A stretch of 54,974 bases of DNA from Chiloscyllium plagiosum (GCF_004010195.1 NC_057750.1:10058605-10113578), one strand, 5' to 3'. Counted from the stretch's first letter, positions 38,012 through 50,969 are shown. Numbers and translations are program-made. The notes: generated from the letters alone by a model not told the origin.

Positions 38012-38350
38012 GAAGGCAATGGCCTCATGGCATTATCGCTGGACTGTTAATCCATGGACCCAGGTCATGTTCTGGGGTCCCAGGGTTCAAATCCCCAGAA
38101 CAGTGAATTAAATTCAATAAATATCTGGAATTAAGAGTTCCAAAGACCATAAAATCATTGCCAATTGTCAGAAAAAAAACATCTGATTTGCTGATGTCCT
38201 TGAGGGAAGGAAACTGCCATCCTTACCTATCTGGTCTACATGTGACTTCAGACCAGTGCTGTCACTGATTCTTAACTGCCCTCTGGGCAAGTCGGGATGG
38301 ACAAAAAATATTGGCCTAGCCAGTGACACCTTCATCCCATGAAGGGATAA
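38012..38350 (+). mobile_element. tRNA-derived SINE with L2-like tail (unnamed shark family)
   Basis: Head GGCAATGGCCTCATGG...GGGTTCAAATCC; core GGGAAGGAAACTGCCATCCTTACC; tail ATCCCATGAA; siblings at about 17020, 20335, 24700, 33625 and 42095. Confidence 0.8.
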
Positions 38351-38642
38351 AACAAAACATATAAAATGGCAGTATCCTCTAACTGTATTTGAGTGAGAGA
38401 GTAATAAGTGACTGAGCATTAGGTTTTCAGTGTACGCCCAAACAATCAATCTTATTTAAAGAATCGAAGGTCATTGCTGGTTATTAAAATTGACCATAAC
38501 TCACGTTAAGAAAGACACACTGATTTCAGAGAATACGAGTTTCAGTTCTCTCTCGTCTCTGTCCAGTACAGATGGTGATACCATAGAAACCCAGATTCTC
38601 ATGGGAAACAGGTAACATCAGACAAAATAAAATCTACAATCA

Positions 38643-38876
<234 letters not shown>

Positions 38877-39779
38877 CTAGCGCTGAACATAATCATCAAT
38901 AAAATAGACCAAGCACCTGCTGCCCCTCAAGGACAACACAGAAATTACAACAGCAACGGGTCAACCAGTCTCTGCGTACGAGTAACCCAATATTCATGCA
39001 AAGCACTTTCTCCAACAACCTGGATATATACCGCCCCTTGAACACAGAAAGAAACCTCTCTGTTTGGACCACTAACTCCAATGGCACATTTCACAGCATC
39101 ACACCATCTTTGGAAAAAGACTTGCCGGGATTCTGTTTTAATTTCTTTCCTCTTCTACCTCATTTTAAACACAATTATAGGAACTGTTCCATTTGGTGCC
39201 ATTCTTGCTAATCTATAAAACATCTCCAAGATCACTCTTCAATTTGTCTGCTTTAATGAAAAGACCCAATTTTTCAGAGGTTCCCTTTGTAGGTGCTTAT
39301 TCTCGGACTCACTCAAGTGAGTCCATGCTTTCCTAAAGTCTCACCACCTGCTTCTTCTAGGTTAAACGTCTTCCCTCTCTTTGCTGCCTTTCTGTACTCG
39401 TGATCCATTCAAATCGGAGCTCTGTCATAGCTCAACAGCACTCAACTTCAGAGCAGAATATCGAAACATAGGGAATTTGGCCCTTCAGGCCTGCTGTTCT
39501 ATTAAAACCATTGACCTTCTGCCTTAACACCATCTTCCTGCGCTGTCCCATCTCCTTAGGTGTCATAAACGTCTCGAAATCTATCAATCTTAATCTTAAA
39601 GATGCTGAAAAGCATGAGCTTCAGATCTTATATGTTATCTTATAGCTACAATATGAATAATTTGCACAAGGTGCTTAAAATAGGTCATCCTTTCCAACAG
39701 AGATTCTTCTGAAAGGAAAAGAGAAGGTTTCTCTCAGACAGCAGGCTCTCTTGTGGAAAGCTCCACTGAACCAAACAAT

Positions 39780-40178
39780 CCTGCTCAAACAGCGTTTGTA
39801 TCCTTACATACAGATAAGGAAGGACACCACTTCAATTGGGACAACACATCCATCTTAGGACAGGCCAAACAAAGACACACGAGAATTCCTAGAAGCATAG
39901 CATTCCAGCCTGAACTCTATCTACAAACACATCAAGTTAGACTCCATCTACCACTCCCTGAGAAAAGGGGCAGGAAGTGACTTCACCATAGGAAATGGCA
40001 TCACCACCCAAAGAAACCCAAACATATAAATAGAAAGCAGGAATTTTCAGCGGTGCTTCACCTGAGGCCCACTGAAGATGTTACCTAGTAGGGTGACGAA
40101 ACATCTGGAAATGAACCTTCCAGCTCAGCAAGCAAACCTCCAGCCAAAACCTCAACCTGATCTACAAATCGTCTCAAA
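39780..40178 (+). mobile_element. Penelope/Poseidon-like 3' remnant (GIY-YIG C-terminus + hammerhead)
   Basis: HHFNWDNTSILGQAKQRH/REFLEA peptide; cca-CTGAAGA-TGTTACC tagta GGGTGAC-GAAACATC-tgg at 40069-40108. Confidence 0.8.
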
Positions 40179-40205
40179 GGTTTGGTACAGCTATTCAAAA
40201 CTTAC

Positions 40206-40357
40206 CAGATTCGCTACATTCTCTGGTGAAAGTAGCGGCATTAGAAACTGAGCTGTGACATCAATGGCGGACTGTGTACTCTGGGATGATGATGGTTTAG
40301 AAGTGGAAGCTGCCGCTTGTTCAAGGTCCTTGTCTTCATCATCCTCACCTAACGGCT
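40206..40357 (-). CDS. SYMPK: Symplekin exon: [13 protein letters not shown]...[10 protein letters not shown]
   Basis: tgacag|AG...CTG|gtaagt; 152 nt, phase 1-0. Confidence 0.96.
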
Positions 40358-40654
40358 CTGTCAGCAAAACAGACATTGGTCAACAGCAGCAGCACTTAAC
40401 CAGCCACCCAAAACAAAATTACAGTCAGCCATGGCTCAGCGATTAGCACTTTCCACCTTGCAGGTTGAGAATTCAAGTCCCACTCAAGACTTGAGCCCAG
40501 AACCCAAACAGATGTGCTTCACAATTGAGGAACTGCGCCAGGCCTTTCTATTAGGCATTCACAACAATTTTCAGTAATTATCTCAGCCTACATTTCGCTT
40601 CCCATGACTTTGCTTTCAGACAGCAGTTCATTATTTTGCCATTCACACCTCCTC

Positions 40655-41282
40655 TGGACCCTTCCCTCCGTGACTACCTGGTCAGGTCCACGCCCCCCCT
40701 ACGACCCACCCTCCCATCCTAACACCTTCCCCTGCCACCGCAGGAACTGTAAAACCTGCGCCCACACCTCCTCCCTCACCTCTACCCAAGGCCCTAAAGG
40801 AGCCTTCCACATCCAAAGTTTTACCTGCACATCCACTAATGTCATTTATTGTATCCGTTGCTCCAGATGCGGTCTCCTCCTAGCAGAGCGCTTTAGGGAA
40901 CATCTCCGGGACACCCGCACCAAATCAACCACACCGCCCCGTGGCCCAAGATTTCAACACACCCTCCCATTCTGCCGAGGACATGGAGGTCCTGGGCCTC
41001 CTTCACCGCCGCTCCCTCACCACCAGACGCCTGGAGGAAGAACGCCTCATCTTCTGCCTTGGAACACTCTCACCAATTGTACTCTATGCTACTTTCTCCC
41101 CACCCCCACCCTCCTTTAGCTTATCTCTCCATGCTTCAGGCTCTCTGCCTTTATTCCTGATGAAGGGCTTTTGCCCGAAAAGTCGATTTCACTGCTCCTT
41201 GGATGCTGCCTGAACTGCTGTGCTCTTCCAGCACCACTGATCCAGAATCTGGTTTCCAGCATCTGCAGTCATTGTTTTTACC
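40655..41282 (+). mobile_element. Neptune-like Penelope remnant (Cys-rich linker + GIY-YIG endonuclease + pLTR hammerhead)
   Basis: PCHRRNCKTCAH...FTCTSTNVIYCIRCSRCGL...LAERFREHLRD...FNTPSHS; CTGATGAAGGGCTTTTGCCCGAAA at 41157-41180. Confidence 0.85.
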
Positions 41283-41726
41283 GTCTCTGAACCCACCTAT
41301 CATTTCTTCACTTGACCCATTATCATGCCTTTTGACTCTATAGCACCAACTTTTTGTTTTGTCATCCTCCTATCTTCAACCTTATCATTAAATTTCTCTT
41401 TTCTTCTTTTTCCACCCACTTGCTTAAAACCTAACACATCTCTGAATTTCTGCAGAGCTGACAGATGTCCAATGCTGTGGGATCCTCCACTCTTTATTCC
41501 AGGAGCCCCAAAATTAAGCTCTGATCTCCAGGGTAGGAAAATGCAGAGAAGAAAATCACTCTATAAAATCCTCAAAGAATCAAGGCAGCAGATACCAATT
41601 GGATTTTGGAATTTTTCCAACTCAAAATCTGATGACAACATAGTAGTACACCAATGCTCTACCAATCCATAACGGAGATATGTTTGCCAGGATGGATCAT
41701 TTTCATGGTCAAAACAGCCCTCTTAC

Positions 41727-41966
41727 CTATTTTGATTTTCTTCAAGCCCTGATCAGTGTCCTCTCCCCGCCGTTTCCTCATGTCCTTCAGGTTGGGCATG
41801 TTCCGGGCAATCTCCTGCTGCTGCGTGCCCAGGTCCAGGAGCAGCGTGGTGATCTGGGCATGGAATTCCACAGAGGACGGGTGCTTCAGCACGCTCAGCA
41901 AGTGCAGCTTCAAGTTCTTCCGCACACTGCTGACCTGCGACTTGGCCAGGGTCGGAGGCAGGTTCG
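41727..41966 (-). CDS. SYMPK: Symplekin exon: [29 protein letters not shown]...GLKKIKI
   Basis: tttcag|CG...ATAG|gtaaga; 240 nt, phase 1-1; includes a bipartite NLS-like RKRR...KKIK. Confidence 0.97.
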
Positions 41967-42094
41967 CTGAAATCAAGAACAGGGCATGAAACAAAAAAAA
42001 AAGAGGATGGCCACTCAGACAAACGAGGGACCTAGCACTTCTTCACAAACCAGAAGAGCACAGCTCACTGGACGAGCCTTCTGCAACTAGGAAA

Positions 42095-42655
42095 GTGATA
42101 GCCTTGTGGCATAATCACTGAACTATTAATCCAGAGACCAAGGTAATGTTCAGGGGACCTGGGTTCAAATCCTGCCACGGAATTTGAATTCAATGAATAC
42201 CTGGAATTGACAGTTTAACAATGACCATGAATCCACTGCCAATTATCAGGATAAGCCCACCTGGTTCACCAGTGTCCTTTAGGGAAGTGCCATCCTTACC
42301 TGGTCTAGACAGGCAGGAGGCTGGAAGAACACAACAAGCCAGGCAGCAACAGGAGGTGGAGAAGTCAACGTTTTGGGTATAATCCTTCTTCACCTCCTGA
42401 TGCTGCCTGGCTTGCTGTGTTCTCCCAGCCTCCTGCCTGTCCCTCCTGATGCTGCCTGCCTTGCTGTGTTCTTCCAGCCTCCTGCCTGTGTATTTTGGAT
42501 TTCAGCATCTGTTGTCTTTTTGTTTCCAACCTTACCTGGTCTGGCCTACATGTGATTCCAGACCCACAGCAATGTGGTTCACTCAAATTACCTTCTGGGC
42601 AAATAGAGATGGGCAACAAACCCTGGCCTGGACAATGACACCAACATCCCATGAA
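42095..42655 (+). mobile_element. L2-tailed SINE interrupted by a palindromic Penelope-like insert (42307-42529)
   Basis: 13-bp duplication CCTTACCTGGTCT at 42294-42306/42530-42542. Confidence 0.82.
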
Positions 42656-44349
42656 CGATTTTTCTTATTTTTAAATTTCCTGATCTTCTCGGCCAGTGAT
42701 TTTAATCCATTCTGGCTGAAGTGGATTAATCTTTACAAGTGGATTAATCAGACACCCCCAAATAAATTATACTATTGTGTAACACGATGTGACAGTGCTT
42801 AAACATAAACAATATTTTTTCCATAATCCTGCTTAAGAAAACAGGGTCTTTACCATTCACATATAAATGAGATGGAAGTGAAAACAAAAAAACGCTGGTG
42901 ATCACAGTGGGTCAGGCAGCATCCCTGGAGAGAAACCAAATGAATGCTTCGCGTCTTGATGACTCTTCATCAGAGCTGACGTAAGATGGGAGAGCCTGCT
43001 CCTCACCACAACATCAACCCCTGGCAGAGGCCCGAAGGTGGATGCGCCCAAGGAGAACTTAGCATGGAGATAGCCCTGGGAAGAGTTAGAGAGCAGCTGC
43101 TCCTAGGCAACAGCAGCCCCTGAGTGGACAGGGGTGAGGTAGATCAGGAGGCATCAGCTGGCAAGGGGTGGGGGAATGGGATCTGGAAGAGGAGCTCTGA
43201 TACAATGCTTTTGAGGAGATGGGGCTTTCATGAGAGGAAAAGCAAAGCAATTGTAATATGGAACCTCAAACAGATAGAGGCGAGTCGGCGCAAAATATAC
43301 AACCCCCTACAACACACACACACACCCCCACCCCAAGCTTGCTCTGTCACTCAAAATGATCAATTCTCATCTTGGGCTTCACTTTGCACAAGAGACCAAA
43401 TATCTGCCTTTACCCAGCCTTAAATGTGAACAATGATAGAGCATCCATAAACCCCTGGGGCAGAGAATTCCACAATGGTCTGAATGAAAAGCTTTCTCCT
43501 CACTTTCAATCCCAAATGATCAGCCACTCAAACTGGGACAGTTCCCCTCTTTCTCAGCTAGCAGAAACAACCTCTACCCTATCAGTCCCTTCAGCAGCAG
43601 AGTGGAGCACTGAGCGAGAGTTGGAGGAGGGTGACAGCATTACAGCAGAGGAGAAGGGATAGGAGAAAAGACAGGGAGTGTATGAGGGGAGTCGAGCTCA
43701 CCTCACCTCACCACTCATGCATTTTCTCTCGACCACAGAGTAACCTTGACAGGAACCCATCTATGAAGCCAGCCATGCAATGCTGATTCCGTGAAGGCCC
43801 CTCCACTCTCCTGCCGAAAGGATGACTTTGCTCTGCGTGAGACTCCTGGAGCCCAGCGGGCATCAGGTTTGAATCAAACACATTCTGCCAACTTCAGAAC
43901 CAGCTTCAAGGACTGAGACGCAAGAAAAGTCAAATATCCCCAACTAGCGATTCACAAGAGGTGCAAATACAGGAAGAAATACTACTTGGCAATGGACACG
44001 AGTGAAATTAAGAAACAGGCATTTTGACAAAGCTGTTGACTTCCAAAAGAAAACCTATGAATATGCTTAAGCCTGGATTCTTCCTGGATTTCTGAAATAA
44101 ACCAAGTATTTTCAACTCAAAATCAGTTATAGGCCAATTAGCTCACTTCAGTCATAAGTCAAATGGTTCAAACTGCACCTCAATCTCAGTGGGCACTCCA
44201 CTGCAAGACTGAAGCATTGTTTGCACATTTGGAGGTGCCTTCTTTCCAATGGGTCGTTAAACCTGATAGCTCGGTTAGCGGAGCAGTAAAGGACTCGGGA
44301 CTCAATTTGAACAAACACAGGGGAGACCTCCCTCTTGTTCAGACCCATA

Positions 44350-44560
44350 CTTATCCCCTAAAATTTATTTTTACATGATTGATATTTATCACTTATCAAG
44401 ATCTAGTCATCACACTGTTATCTGTGGGAGCTTGCTGTGTACGAATTGGTTGCCTACACTACAGCAGTGACTACACTTTGAAATTACTCCAGTGGTTGTA
44501 AAGCTCTTTGAAATGTCGCAAAATCACGAAAGACCCCACAGTAATAAACGTCTTTCTTTC
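44350..44560 (+). mobile_element. Deu-domain SINE 3' remnant next to a SYMPK donor site
   Basis: TGTGGGAGCTTGCTGTGT...CAGTGACTACACTT...TGGTTGTAAAGCTCTTTG...GTCTTTCTTT. Confidence 0.65.
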
Positions 44561-44575
44561 CGTTAACATCCTTAC

Positions 44576-44746
44576 CGTGAAGGGTCTCGTAGGCCTGGAT
44601 GACCTCAGACATGTACATAGGGCGTTGCCTGGCGATGGTTGCCAAGGAGCCCAACGCAACAGTCAGGTTGATGCTGGAAATGGCGGGATGCACCATGAAC
44701 TTCAGGAGTTGATCCAGTGCCATTTTACCTTCTTGCTGAAGACTGC
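44576..44746 (-). CDS. SYMPK: Symplekin exon: [27 protein letters not shown]...[10 protein letters not shown]
   Basis: ttccag|GC...CACG|gtaagg; 171 nt, phase 1-1. Confidence 0.96.
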
Positions 44747-45851
44747 CTGGAACAGGTGTGTATAAAAAGTAATCAGAAATATGACCATCCTTCTGTTTAC
44801 AAATTTGCAACTCATTAATGTAAGGGTAATGGTGATTAAATGAGGAGCAGAGTCAGTAATTGCGTCGCATTCCTCCTCTGTAAGTGGTGTCGTGTCTCCT
44901 CATTCCCACCACAGTGTTAGTTCCTTAAAATAGAGCATTCCATTCACACCCAAGAATGTTCCAGACAGTGGGACTGACAAACAAAGGGCACAAATTCAAG
45001 CAATAAAAAAAGAGTTGTAGTGGTGGGTGAGTAGGTGAGTGCATGAATGTGAAAGAGAGCAAGAACAAAAATGAAAGAACATGCGTGCGCGAGAGAGAAT
45101 AGTGAGTACTTAGTGGGTAGTGAGTGTCTGTGTGTTCACATATGTGTTGTTTTTGGCAGCAAGATGACAGGTTGTTACCCCCTCAGCAGTAGGCTATGAA
45201 CTGCAATGCTTAAAAACTGGATGAGGCAGATTCGTTACCAAGTTTGGAAAGAGAATCAAAGCGACCTGAAGAGAAAACGTCAAGGGAATGGAACGAAGTA
45301 AACAGCTCTTCCAAAGAGCCAGCAAGGGCACGATGGTCCAAATGGCCTCCTTCCAAGCTGCAGATTTTATTCAATTAATAGGCCACTGGCACACATTACA
45401 TTTTGTTCAGAAAAATAAGGAGTTCACTTTGAATAAACAATCGAAAATGGAGTGTAGCAATGAAAGGAGTTAAGCAGTCAACTCATTAAAAATTGTGACA
45501 GAGCTTAATAAGACCACAACAAAAACAAACCAAGGAACAAGGATTAATTTCCAGAGGAACAAGATTAAGTAGAGTACTTATGCTAAACACAGATCAAACC
45601 TTGGGTTAGCCCACATTAGCAGTACTATGCCCCCTTGTGGTTACCTTATTATTAAAGGATTTTGAGGTACTGAAGAGGATGCTAAGATTTACAAGGATCA
45701 CAAAGAAATGCAAATTTATACCCATAGCAAAGGATGAACAGACTGGACCACTTCTCTCTGGAAAGGAAAAGGCCCAAAGGCTTTTAAAACTGTTAAATGT
45801 TTTGAGAGGATAACCTGAAGCAATCAAGGTAACACAATGGTCAACAAATCA

Positions 45852-46760
45852 AAAAAGGAATTCTAAAAAACTGAATGATGAAAATACAGAAGTCTCTACT
45901 ACAGGGGAATCTTTCAAGTTAATATGCAGATACATTTAAGGACAAGCTGGAGGAACACATTGGCCAGTGTTTCCTCAGCTTTCTTCTGAGAGTGAACCTA
46001 TTTTAATGCCCCATACACTTGCTGTGATTTCAAACTGGTAGCCTTCACTTACTGAGTAGTGTGTCATAACGTCATAGAGATTTACAGCATGGAAACAGGC
46101 CCCTCAGCCTAACGTGTCCATGCCGCCCAGTTTTCACAATTAATCCATTTTCCTGTGTTTGGCCCATATTCCTCCACACCTGACCCATCCACGTAGCTAC
46201 CCAAATGTTTCTTAAACGGCAAAATTGTACTTACCTCCAACACTACCTCTGGCAGCCCATTGCAAATACTCACCACCTTCTGTGTGAAAAGAAATTGCCC
46301 CTCTGGATCCTTTTGTATCTCTCCCCTCTCACCTTAAACCTCAAGTGTTACACTCCCCTTCCCTTGGAAAAAGGATGTTGGCTTCCGTACCTTATCTATG
46401 CCTCTCAGGATTTTATAAACCTCAATAAGGTCACCCTTCAGTCTCCTACACTCCAGGGATAAAAGATCCAGTCTCTCCTTATAAATCTTTAAATCCTTAT
46501 AAATTTAAATTTATAAATTCATAAAATTATAAATTCAATTCCTTCAGTTAGCATCCCAGTAAATCTCTTCTGGTGGTGCGCACTGGGAAATTTTTAAACA
46601 GCTGGTTTTTGCTTTGCAAAAAAAAAATTTTTATTTCTGCAGCAGACCTCAAAAGATGGAAAAAGGAATTCTAAAAAACTGAATGATGAAAATACAGAAG
46701 TCTCTACTACAGGGGAATCTTTCAAGTTAATATGCAGATACATTTAAGGACAAGCTGGAG
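45852..46760 (+). repeat. Perfect 101-bp direct duplication (45852-45952 and 46660-46760)
   Basis: Identical AAAAAGGAATTCTAAAAAACTG...GGACAAGCTGGAG. Confidence 0.95.
46066..46570 (-). mobile_element. CR1 LINE 3' fragment
   Basis: HER1-like 3' end, reverse strand. Confidence 0.82.
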
Positions 46761-47389
46761 CCCCTTAGGGCAGCCATTCTCAATATGGAGCCCAATGAAA
46801 CATACAGAAAAGCACCGAGCTCAAGGACCGTGTTAGTCCTGATGGATGTTTAATGTCATACAATCTTTTTTTTTAAGTTTTGTACAGTGTGTCAGAATGT
46901 TCAAGTTTTCTTGGTGTTCAATAATGAATGATTTTCTGTCTAGATGTTTGTGTCGTCCCTGTTTGGAAGGGGGGGGGGGGCTCTGGAACCTGAGAAGAGC
47001 TCCTGGGGGGGCGGGAGGGCTGTGGCCAAAACACACTTGAGAATCACTGCCTTAGGGCAGTGCCCACTGGTTGACTGGGAACAGCCTCAAAGCTGATCAT
47101 GCACAATCCCAGCTCCACAGCATCCACTGCTGCCTTGGAGCCCATGACCTCAGAATTTCAACTACACAGAGCTGTGACCCATGGTCTGGAAAGCCTTGAA
47201 TTCAGGAGAAGGTTATACCGATGAGAGCTAGCTTAGAAAGGGATTCGAGGAGGCTGGAATGGACTGGTGGCCGCACATACTACAGAATCCAAACAAGACT
47301 CCCCCGGCAATCAGCATCATTATCTGGCATTCCAACACAAGACCATGTAAACAAAGCCAAGCTCGCGCCCAATCTCAACCATGTAATTG

Positions 47390-47510
47390 TGGAGGTGGAC
47401 AAAGTCACACAACACCAGGTTATTGTCCAACAGGTTTATTTGAAACCACAAACCTTTGAGTGCTCCAAAAGCTTGTGATTTCAAATAAACCTGTTGGACT
47501 ATAACCTGGT
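47390..47510. mobile_element. Palindromic Penelope-like mini-element lacking the hammerhead core
   Basis: ACCAGGTTATTGTCCAACAGGTTTATTTGAAA / TTTCAAATAAACCTGTTGGACTATAACCTGGT. Confidence 0.75.
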
Positions 47511-47676
47511 TACATGATAAACTGAACAGACATGGGCAGATTCTAGGGCTGAACCCATTGGACCTTGCTTCATGTCCACCCAACTAATTGCCCATGCATC
47601 TTTGAAGGTAGATGGACTGGCCATTGTCTTTATCCTTTGAATTTCTGCTAACCAGTTACAAGCGCACGATACCCAC

Positions 47677-47926
47677 TGGCATTGATGTAAGAGTGATCCT
47701 TCACGATGCGGTCCAAGCTGATATCATTCTCCTGCCGTTTGGGGACATCTGAATCCGGGGTGCGAGGCGACAGCGTGATAATCAAACTTTCGATGAACTT
47801 GATGGCGTGAGTGCGGATTCCATCGTTGTCAGAGTCCAGCATCAAGACAATATCATCCTGCATGTTACTAACCATGTCCCAGCACGCCTCCTTGACTTCA
47901 TTGATAACCTTGGACTTCACCATCCA
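47677..47926 (-). CDS. SYMPK: Symplekin exon: [19 protein letters not shown]...[12 protein letters not shown]...DHSYINA
   Basis: cctcag|TGG...GCCA|gtgggt; 250 nt, phase 0-1. Confidence 0.95.
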
Positions 47927-47946
47927 CTGAGGAAAGAAAAGAACAA

Positions 47947-48218
47947 TCATAGAATCCCTAGACTGAAAGTTGGCCATTCAGCCCATCGAGTCCACACCGG
48001 CCCTCCAAAGAGCATCCCACCTGTGACCCACGCCCCCTATCTTATCCCTGTAATCCTGCATTTCCCATGGCTAATGGGAAACCAGAGCACCCAGATGAAA
48101 CCCACGCAGACCCAGGGAGAATGTGCAAACTCCACACAGACAGTTGCTGGAGGTTGGAGTCGAACCCGGGTTCCTGAGGCTGAGAGACAGCAATGCTAAC
48201 CACTGAGCCACTGTGCTG
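47947..48218 (-). mobile_element. HE1-like SINE ending about 20 nt from a SYMPK acceptor
   Basis: Head, V-domain and tail recognisable. Confidence 0.83.
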
Positions 48219-48661
48219 TTAAGACCTCCATAGGATAAGGGAGGCCGAGGGACATGTTCCTGAGCAGTACTGTTCTATGTTTTAAGTAGAAGAGAAAAAA
48301 GCACAGATGGCATGTTATGCTCCGTCATATTCTTTTTGCTGCCACACAGACCTCCAAGGTCAGTGTGCAACAGCAATTTCCAAATTCATGGCTTTCCGAA
48401 ACCGGAAGTTAGTGTGCCCGAACACAAACCAGCATGTGTGGAACTTCAGCACAGCTGAGGGAATGTTAGTGGTGTGTTACAGTTCACTCAGAGCAATAGC
48501 AATATGTGCTTAATCATGCATGTTGTAGTCTGGAGCCATGGATATTTGTGGTAGAGGTATTCCTTCCATCTGAGGCAGACCAGGAATCTCTTCCCACTCT
48601 TTCTGCCTCCCATTGATACATGTTGGAAAAATTCACAAGTCGATCCCGATTCTGTTCGACC

Positions 48662-48875
48662 GTCGAAAAGTGTGTTGCTGTAAAAGCACAGCCGGTCAGG
48701 CAGCATCCGAGGAGCAGGAGCGTCGACGTTTCGAGTATAAACCCTTTGTCAGGAATTTCAAGTTTATGCTCAAAACGTCGACTCTCCTGAACCTCGGATG
48801 CTGCCTGAACGGCTGTGCTTTTCCAGTGCCACACTTTTCGACTCGGGGATCTCCAGCATCTGCAGTCCTCACTTT
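48662..48875. mobile_element. Palindromic Penelope-like mini-element
   Basis: Arms GTCGAAAAGTGTG.../...CACACTTTTCGAC; decayed hammerhead at 48725-48753 (-). Confidence 0.8.
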
Positions 48876-49322
48876 GATTGTGTTGACTGCACCTTCTTTG
48901 GCCATCCCGTTTACATTCATCTGTGGCTGGGTGGGTTTATATAGGGTTGAGAATTAAAACGTGTAAAGTTTAACAATTTGGTTTAATTGTTGACCTGTAG
49001 CTAGAATCTAAAGACCTGTAGTAGTTCGCAATTTGGCATGTACAGAAACCTCGTCTGTGTTTTCTATCAAACTGGGTCTGAAAATCAGATAGTTTGCACA
49101 TTCCTTTTAGAACCTTTTGGTGATGCCTCTGGGAACAACAGGGCAAGAGTGAGTTGTGACAATTTGTAGACAAGCATCAAATATGTCTTTGTCCCTCTGA
49201 ACTGCTCAATATCCCACCAAGTACTTGCGTTCCCTTTCACCAGGTGACAACTGCACAAACAGAACCACCTCTGATGTCAAACATGACACGCTGTTATATT
49301 CAGGATGTGCATGCAAACTTAC

Positions 49323-49449
49323 CTGGAGAGCCACCTTGTATAACTGTGTCATGGTCAATATAACCTTCTTCACTACGTTGACATTCTCATCCTTTAGCAG
49401 CATGTTGAGGTTTGCAATTAGCTTAGGCAGCAGCTCATTATCCCGCTTA
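49323..49449 (-). CDS. SYMPK: Symplekin exon: [42 protein letters not shown]
   Basis: ttctag|T...CAG|gtaagt; 127 nt, phase 2-0; N-terminal HEAT/ARM region. Confidence 0.97.
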
Positions 49450-49644
49450 CTAGAATGGAAAATAATTAATTGAATTGAAAGATTTCTTGTACTTTATTTT
49501 GAATATACATGACAATCAAAGATTTATACGGTTGCTGTGCATTTACTTAAAACATTATTAACTTAAAATAAAGAATAAAGAAAGTTAACTTAAAGAGAAT
49601 CCAATTAAGGATCAACAGAAACGTGTTTTGGAACAGTCCAATGT

Positions 49645-50930
49645 AGAGTCAGAGTTGTACAGCATGGAACCAAACCCTTCAGTCCAACTTGTCCATGCCA
49701 ACCAGATATCCTAAATTAATGTAGTCCCATTGGCCAGCATTTGGCCCATATCCCTCTAAACCCTTTCCTATTCATACACCCAACCAAATGCCTTTTAAAT
49801 GCTGTTATTGTACCAGCCTTCACCACCTCCTCTGGCAGCTCATTCCATACACCCACCACCCTCTGCGTGAAAAAGCTGCCCCTTAGGTCTCTTTTATATC
49901 TTTCCCCTCTCACCTGAAACCTATGTCTTTTAATTCTCGACTCCCCCACCCCAGGGAAAAGACCTTGTCTATTTACCCTATCCATGCCCTTCATGATTTT
50001 ATAAACCTCTATAAGATCACCCCTCACTCTCCAACGTTCCAGGTAAAATAGCCCCAGCCTATTCAGCCTCTCCCTGTAGCTCAAACCCTCCAGTCCTGCC
50101 AATGCCCTTGCAAATCTTTCATGAACCCTTTCAAGTTTCACAACATCTTTCCTGTAGGAGATCAGAATTGCAGACAGTATTACAAAAGTGGCCTAACCAA
50201 TGTCCTTACAGCCACAACATGACCACCAACCTCCTGTACTCAATTCACTGACCAATGAAGGAAAGCATACCAAATGCCTTCTTTAGAATATAGAAAAGTA
50301 CAGCAGAGTACAGGCCCTTCTGCCCACTATGTTGTGCTGAGGATTAATCTTAATCTAAAATAAAATAACCTAACCTAAGCTCCCCTCAATTCACTGCAGT
50401 CCACGTGCATGGTCAGTAGTGGCTTACACATGGACAGCAGTGAATTGAGGGGTGTATAGGTTAGGTTATTTTATTTTAGATCAGGATTAATCCTCAGCAC
50501 AACATCGTGGGCAGAAGGGCCTGTACTCTGCTGTACTTTTCTATATTCTAAAGGCGGCATTTGGTATGCTTTCCTTTATTGGTCAGTGAATTGAGTACAG
50601 GAGCTAGGCAGTCATGTTGTGGCAGTACAAGACATCGGTTCGGCCACTTTTGTAATACAGTGTGCAAATCTGGTCTCCCTCCTACAGGAAGGATGTTGTG
50701 TTTACTATCCTGTTTACTTGGGACTCCACTTTCAATGAACTATGAATCTGCACTCCAAGATCTCTTTGTTGAGCAACACTCCCCAGGATCTTACCATTAA
50801 GTGTAATTAGTCCTGCCCTGATTTGCCTTTCCAAAATACAGCGGCTCACATTTATCTAAATTAAACCCCATATGCCACTCCTCAGCCCATTGGCCCATCT
50901 GATCATGATCCCGTTGTACTTTGAAGTAAC
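49645..50930 (-). mobile_element. CR1 LINE fragment interrupted by a fold-back insertion
   Basis: ORF2 C-terminus KLERVHERFARAL...; resumes at 50701 where it broke off at about 50283. Confidence 0.88.
50139..50700. repeat. Long inverted repeat (arms about 270 bp, 19-nt loop)
   Basis: 50139-50407 is the reverse complement of 50427-50700, with scattered mismatches. Confidence 0.92.
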
Positions 50931-50969
50931 CACGTTTTAGCAGAAAAAGGAAGTGAAAAAAATACTAAC

